Origin: an uncultured Verrucomicrobiae bacterium
GTDB lineage: Bacteria > Verrucomicrobiota > Verrucomicrobiia > Limisphaerales > UBA11358
Assembly: GCA_963827815.1 (NCBI GenBank)
Contig: CAWHCL010000003.1
Span: forward strand, 20,526-84,525
Length of the DNA stretch: 64,000 nt
Direction: 5' to 3'
Made by a program: the position numbers and the translations under genes. Under the pieces are notes generated by a model. The model was not told the origin of the DNA. It saw nothing but the letters and a program-made list of their open reading frames with translations, and did not search any database. Below are positions 60,829-64,000 of the stretch, piece after piece (positions within the stretch are counted from its first letter, which is position 1; each line of letters begins with the position of its first letter).

Positions 60829-63291
60829 ATGAAACGCCCGCTTGTTGCTGTCGTTTCCTGCTACACCATCGGGTTACTGTTGGGCGAGGCTTTCCAGCCG
60901 CCGCTCATGGCATTGTTTGTCGTTGCGTTCGTCGTCCTCGTCCTCGTCCTCGCTCTCGAAAAAATCCGTCCGTTCCTGATTTGGCCGCTACTCCTGCTCG
61001 CAGGTTGGATCAATCTCACCAGCCGTATCACCATTATGTCGGAGGAGGATTTGCGTGCGCTCGATCGGCAACGACGCCACCATTGCCACAGTGCGGGGGA
61101 CTTTGATCGAAACGCCGCACCTGAAAATCGTCGAGCGTGACGGGCAGGAAGCACAACATTCGCTCTCCAGGGTTCGGGTCACCGGATTGCGTCGCGGGGA
61201 TGATTGGCAGCCGGCCAGTCGGCTCCATCATGGTCACGACGCCGGAACCGCTCGCCGAAACATTTTTCTCCGGCCAGCCGGTTGAAATCTCCGGCGTCAT
61301 CGCGCCGCCACCACCACCGCTGGCCGAAGGTCTTTTCGATTACCGCGATTATCTCCAGACGCGCGGCATTTACTTACCAGCTCAAAACCGAGTTCCACCA
61401 ACAACTGGCAACTGCGCGCGTCAACTTTATCCACTCCACCATTGACCGACCGCTTTTTGAACTGGTCCAAACAGACGCTTGCGCTCGGGCTGCCGGCGGA
61501 AGATGAACCGCTGCGGCTGCTCTGGGCGATGACACTCGGCTGGCGCACGGCGTTCACCGGCGACATCAGCGAACCGTTCTTGCGCGCCGGCACGATGCAC
61601 CTCTTCGCCATTGACGGCCTCCGCATCGCGCTGATTTCCGGGCATGCTCGTCGCGCTGCTGCGCGTGCTGCAAGTCTCGCGCGCCTGGTGCGGACTCATC
61701 GCCATCCCGGCCATCTGGTTTTACACCGCCGCCACCGGCTGGGAATCCTCCGCCATCCGCGCCTCGGTGATGATGACCGTCATCCTGGGCGGCTGGGCGC
61801 TGAAACGCCCGGGCGACACCATCAACTCGCTCGCCGCCGCCGCGTTCATCATTTTGCTCTGGGAACCGCGCCAGCTTTTCGAGGCCGGCTTCCAGCTTTC
61901 ATTTTTCGTCGTGCTCGTCATCGCGCTGATGCTGCCGCCGCTGAACAGAATTTCCGACCGGCTGCTGCGGCACGATCCGCTCCTGCCAGACGAATTGCTG
62001 CCGCGCTGGCGTCGCGCGTTGAACGCGACGCTGCGGATGTCTCCGCGGTATTGCGCGCTTTCACTCGCCGCGTGGATTGGCTCCATCCCGCTCTCGGCGA
62101 AATATTTTCATTTGTTCAGCCCCGTTTCGACGCCGGCCAACATCGTCGCCGTGCCTCTCGGCACGCTTGCGCTGATGAGCAACCTCGGCGCGCTCATCTG
62201 CGGAACGTGGCTGCCGTGGGTGACGGAATTGTTCAACAACTCCGCGTGGTTTTTCATGGTGGCGATGACGGATGTGAGCGAATGGGCCACGAAAATCCCC
62301 GGCGCATTTTTCTACGTCCCCGCGCCGTCGTGGCTGGAAATCGGAATTTACTACGCCGTCATCATCGGCGCGTTGAGCGGCTGGCTGTTTGCGCCGAGCC
62401 GGCGAATCTGGAGCATGTCGGCTTTGATTCTCATCGCCGCAACTTGTTTATGGCGATGGGAACAGTCGCGCGATGAAACCGATTTGACCGTGCTGCCGCT
62501 CAACGGCGGCCATGCGGTTTTCGTGGATGCCGCCGGTCAAAAAAACGACTGGCTCGTGGATTGCGGTGACGAAAACAGCGTCGAGTTCACCCTGAAACCG
62601 TTTCTTCGCGCGCAGGGCGTGAACAAAATTCCGCGGCTCGTGTTGACACACGGCGATGTGCGCAACTGCGGCGGGGCGGAATCTCTCGATGAACTCTTCG
62701 GCGTCAGCGATCTGGTCACCAGCCCGGTTCATTTTCGCTCAATCCCCTACCGCAAGGCTGTCGCGAAATTCGACAAGACGCCGGTGCGCCACGAAATCAT
62801 CCAACGCGGCGACACCGCCGGTTTATGGCAGGTGTTGCATCCCGGCGCGACCGGTGATTTCCCGCGGGCTGACGATGGCGCGCTGGTCTTGCTCGGAAAT
62901 TTTCGCGGATCAAGGATTTTACTTTTGTCGGATTTGGGCCGCGCCGGACAGGACGCCCTGCTCTCGCGCACAAATGATTTGCGCGCGGACATCGTCATCA
63001 CCGGTCTGCCGAACGAGGGCGAACCGCTTTGCGACGCGCTGCATTGACGCGATCCAGCCAAAGGTGATCGTCATTGCGGATTCGGAATTTCCCGCCACCC
63101 GGCGCGCAAGCCGTGCTTTGAAAGACAGACTGGAGCAAAAGAAAATCCCCGTGATTTACACGCGCGGTTCCGGCGCGGTGACAATTGTGACGGACAAATC
63201 CGGTTGGAAATTGAGGACGATGGATGCACAGGAATTCGCATCCACCGATTTCCAATCGGACGGCCCCGCTGCGCCGCTGGCCGCGCAGTAA
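60829..63291 (+). CDS. comEC: ComEC/Rec2 DNA internalisation channel with C-terminal metallo-beta-lactamase domain, at least five frame breaks
   Basis: GTMHLFAIDGLRIALISG, competence-domain TM region, LNGGHAVFVDA...VLTHGDVRNCGG. Fragments are spread across three frames. Confidence 0.85.
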
Positions 63292-63298
63292 CGCGGCC

Positions 63299-63646
63299 CT
63301 ACCGTCTTTTGGTGACTGTGCCGGACACGTGCCGCGCCTGCGGAATGACAAATTTCTTCACCTCGACGGTGACGCTTTGCGGCTTGAACTCGGGTAATAT
63401 CGTATCCGCGATGTCGGCGGCAAGTTTCTCGATGAGCTTCCAGCTTTGGCCTTCGCCGAATTTCAGCAGCCACTGCGTGACGGCAAAATAATCAATCGTG
63501 TCGGCGATGGAATCGCTTTTAGCGGCTGCAGAAAAATCGGATTCCATCTCAACCGTCAGCAGCAGTCGCTGCGGCTGGGCGCGTTCCGCGTCCGGCACGC
63601 CGACGCGGTAAAATACTTCGAGGTCAACAATGGAAATATGAGACAT
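63299..63646 (-). CDS. folB: dihydroneopterin aldolase
   Basis: IVDLEVFYRVGVPDAERAQPQRLLLTVEM...TIDYFAV...LIEKLAADIA. Confidence 0.8.
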   Translation of the reverse strand: MSHISIVDLEVFYRVGVPDAERAQPQRLLLTVEMESDFSAAAKSDSIADTIDYFAVTQWLLKFGEGQSWKLIEKLAADIADTILPEFKPQSVTVEVKKFVIPQARHVSGTVTKRR

Positions 63647-64000
63647 TTACGATTTATGATTTTTGATTTTTGATTTGGAAACCGCGTTGATCAAAACCCT
63701 CGTCGGCTTGTTCAATTTCAATTTCTTCGCTTCGCCGATTTTAAGCCAGCGGAATTCCCGGCCTTCTTCGTTCAAGACCACCTTCGGCTTCCCGGCGCAT
63801 CGGCACGTGTAGTTCAGCAGCACAAAATGCGCGTCGCGGTAAAACTCCTTCGAATGGATGCAATCCTGCACCAGCACGAATTTGATGCCGGAAATCTTCA
63901 GCCCGGTTTCCTCCATGATTTCACGGCGCAACGCAGCCTCGGAGGTTTCGCCCCATTTGATTTTACCGCCGGGAATGCCCCATTTGTCCGACCATTTATG
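63647..64000 (-). CDS. Nudix hydrolase, N-terminus beyond the right window edge
   Basis: Own translation extends ORF 63647-63931 upstream: PGGKIKWGETSEAALRREIMEETGL is the Nudix box. Confidence 0.8.
   Translation of the reverse strand, partial: HKWSDKWGIPGGKIKWGETSEAALRREIMEETGLKISGIKFVLVQDCIHSKEFYRDAHFVLLNYTCRCAGKPKVVLNEEGREFRWLKIGEAKKLKLNKPTRVLINAVSKSKIKNHKS

Overview
This is a 64-kb, GC-rich bacterial chromosome segment. Gene content and the simple-sequence intergenic repeats suggest a PVC-group or Verrucomicrobiota-like organism, but that is inference only. No searches were run, and all family names come from motif recognition by eye.

The left third is accessory DNA. The end of one integrative element (large serine recombinase, Cys4 zinc-ribbon protein, tyrosine integrase) abuts the 5' side of tRNA-Leu(UAA) at 3298-3385. 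A second integrative element of about 20.3 kb (3386-23709) lies between that tRNA and a 43-nt copy of its 3' end. It carries:
- a tyrosine integrase, an Xis-like protein and a primase/P-loop NTPase;
- a type I R-M operon ordered hsdR, AT-rich PIN-like insert, hsdM, coupled 128-aa ORF, then a truncated hsdS fused to a Fic C-terminal remnant;
- a DUF433/DUF5615-like toxin-antitoxin (TA) pair inside a module flanked by 151-nt direct repeats;
- about 3.6 kb of ORF-poor DNA dense in hairpins and repeats.

The remainder is core genome:
- smc;
- a SAM-I riboswitch-controlled thrC-like/MoaD-like/NIL operon, split by a RelE cassette with a 36-nt flanking duplication;
- the F1Fo ATP synthase operon, with an ORF6N gene inserted between atpA and atpG;
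- gluQ, disrupted by a 63-nt palindromic element with a 5-bp target duplication;
- a decayed GH51 gene, rmlD-like, aguB-like, a Ser/Thr kinase, HU, gltX, three tandem CNNM/CorC paralogs, acpS, pdxJ, VanZ-like, comEC, folB and a Nudix gene.

Many core genes carry single-nucleotide frame breaks, whereas the hsd-primase-integrase block has none. The breaks may therefore be sequence-quality artefacts, and pseudogene calls should be treated cautiously.

The best candidate for a new system is the PIN-like gene, together with the small coupled ORF, embedded in the type I R-M operon.
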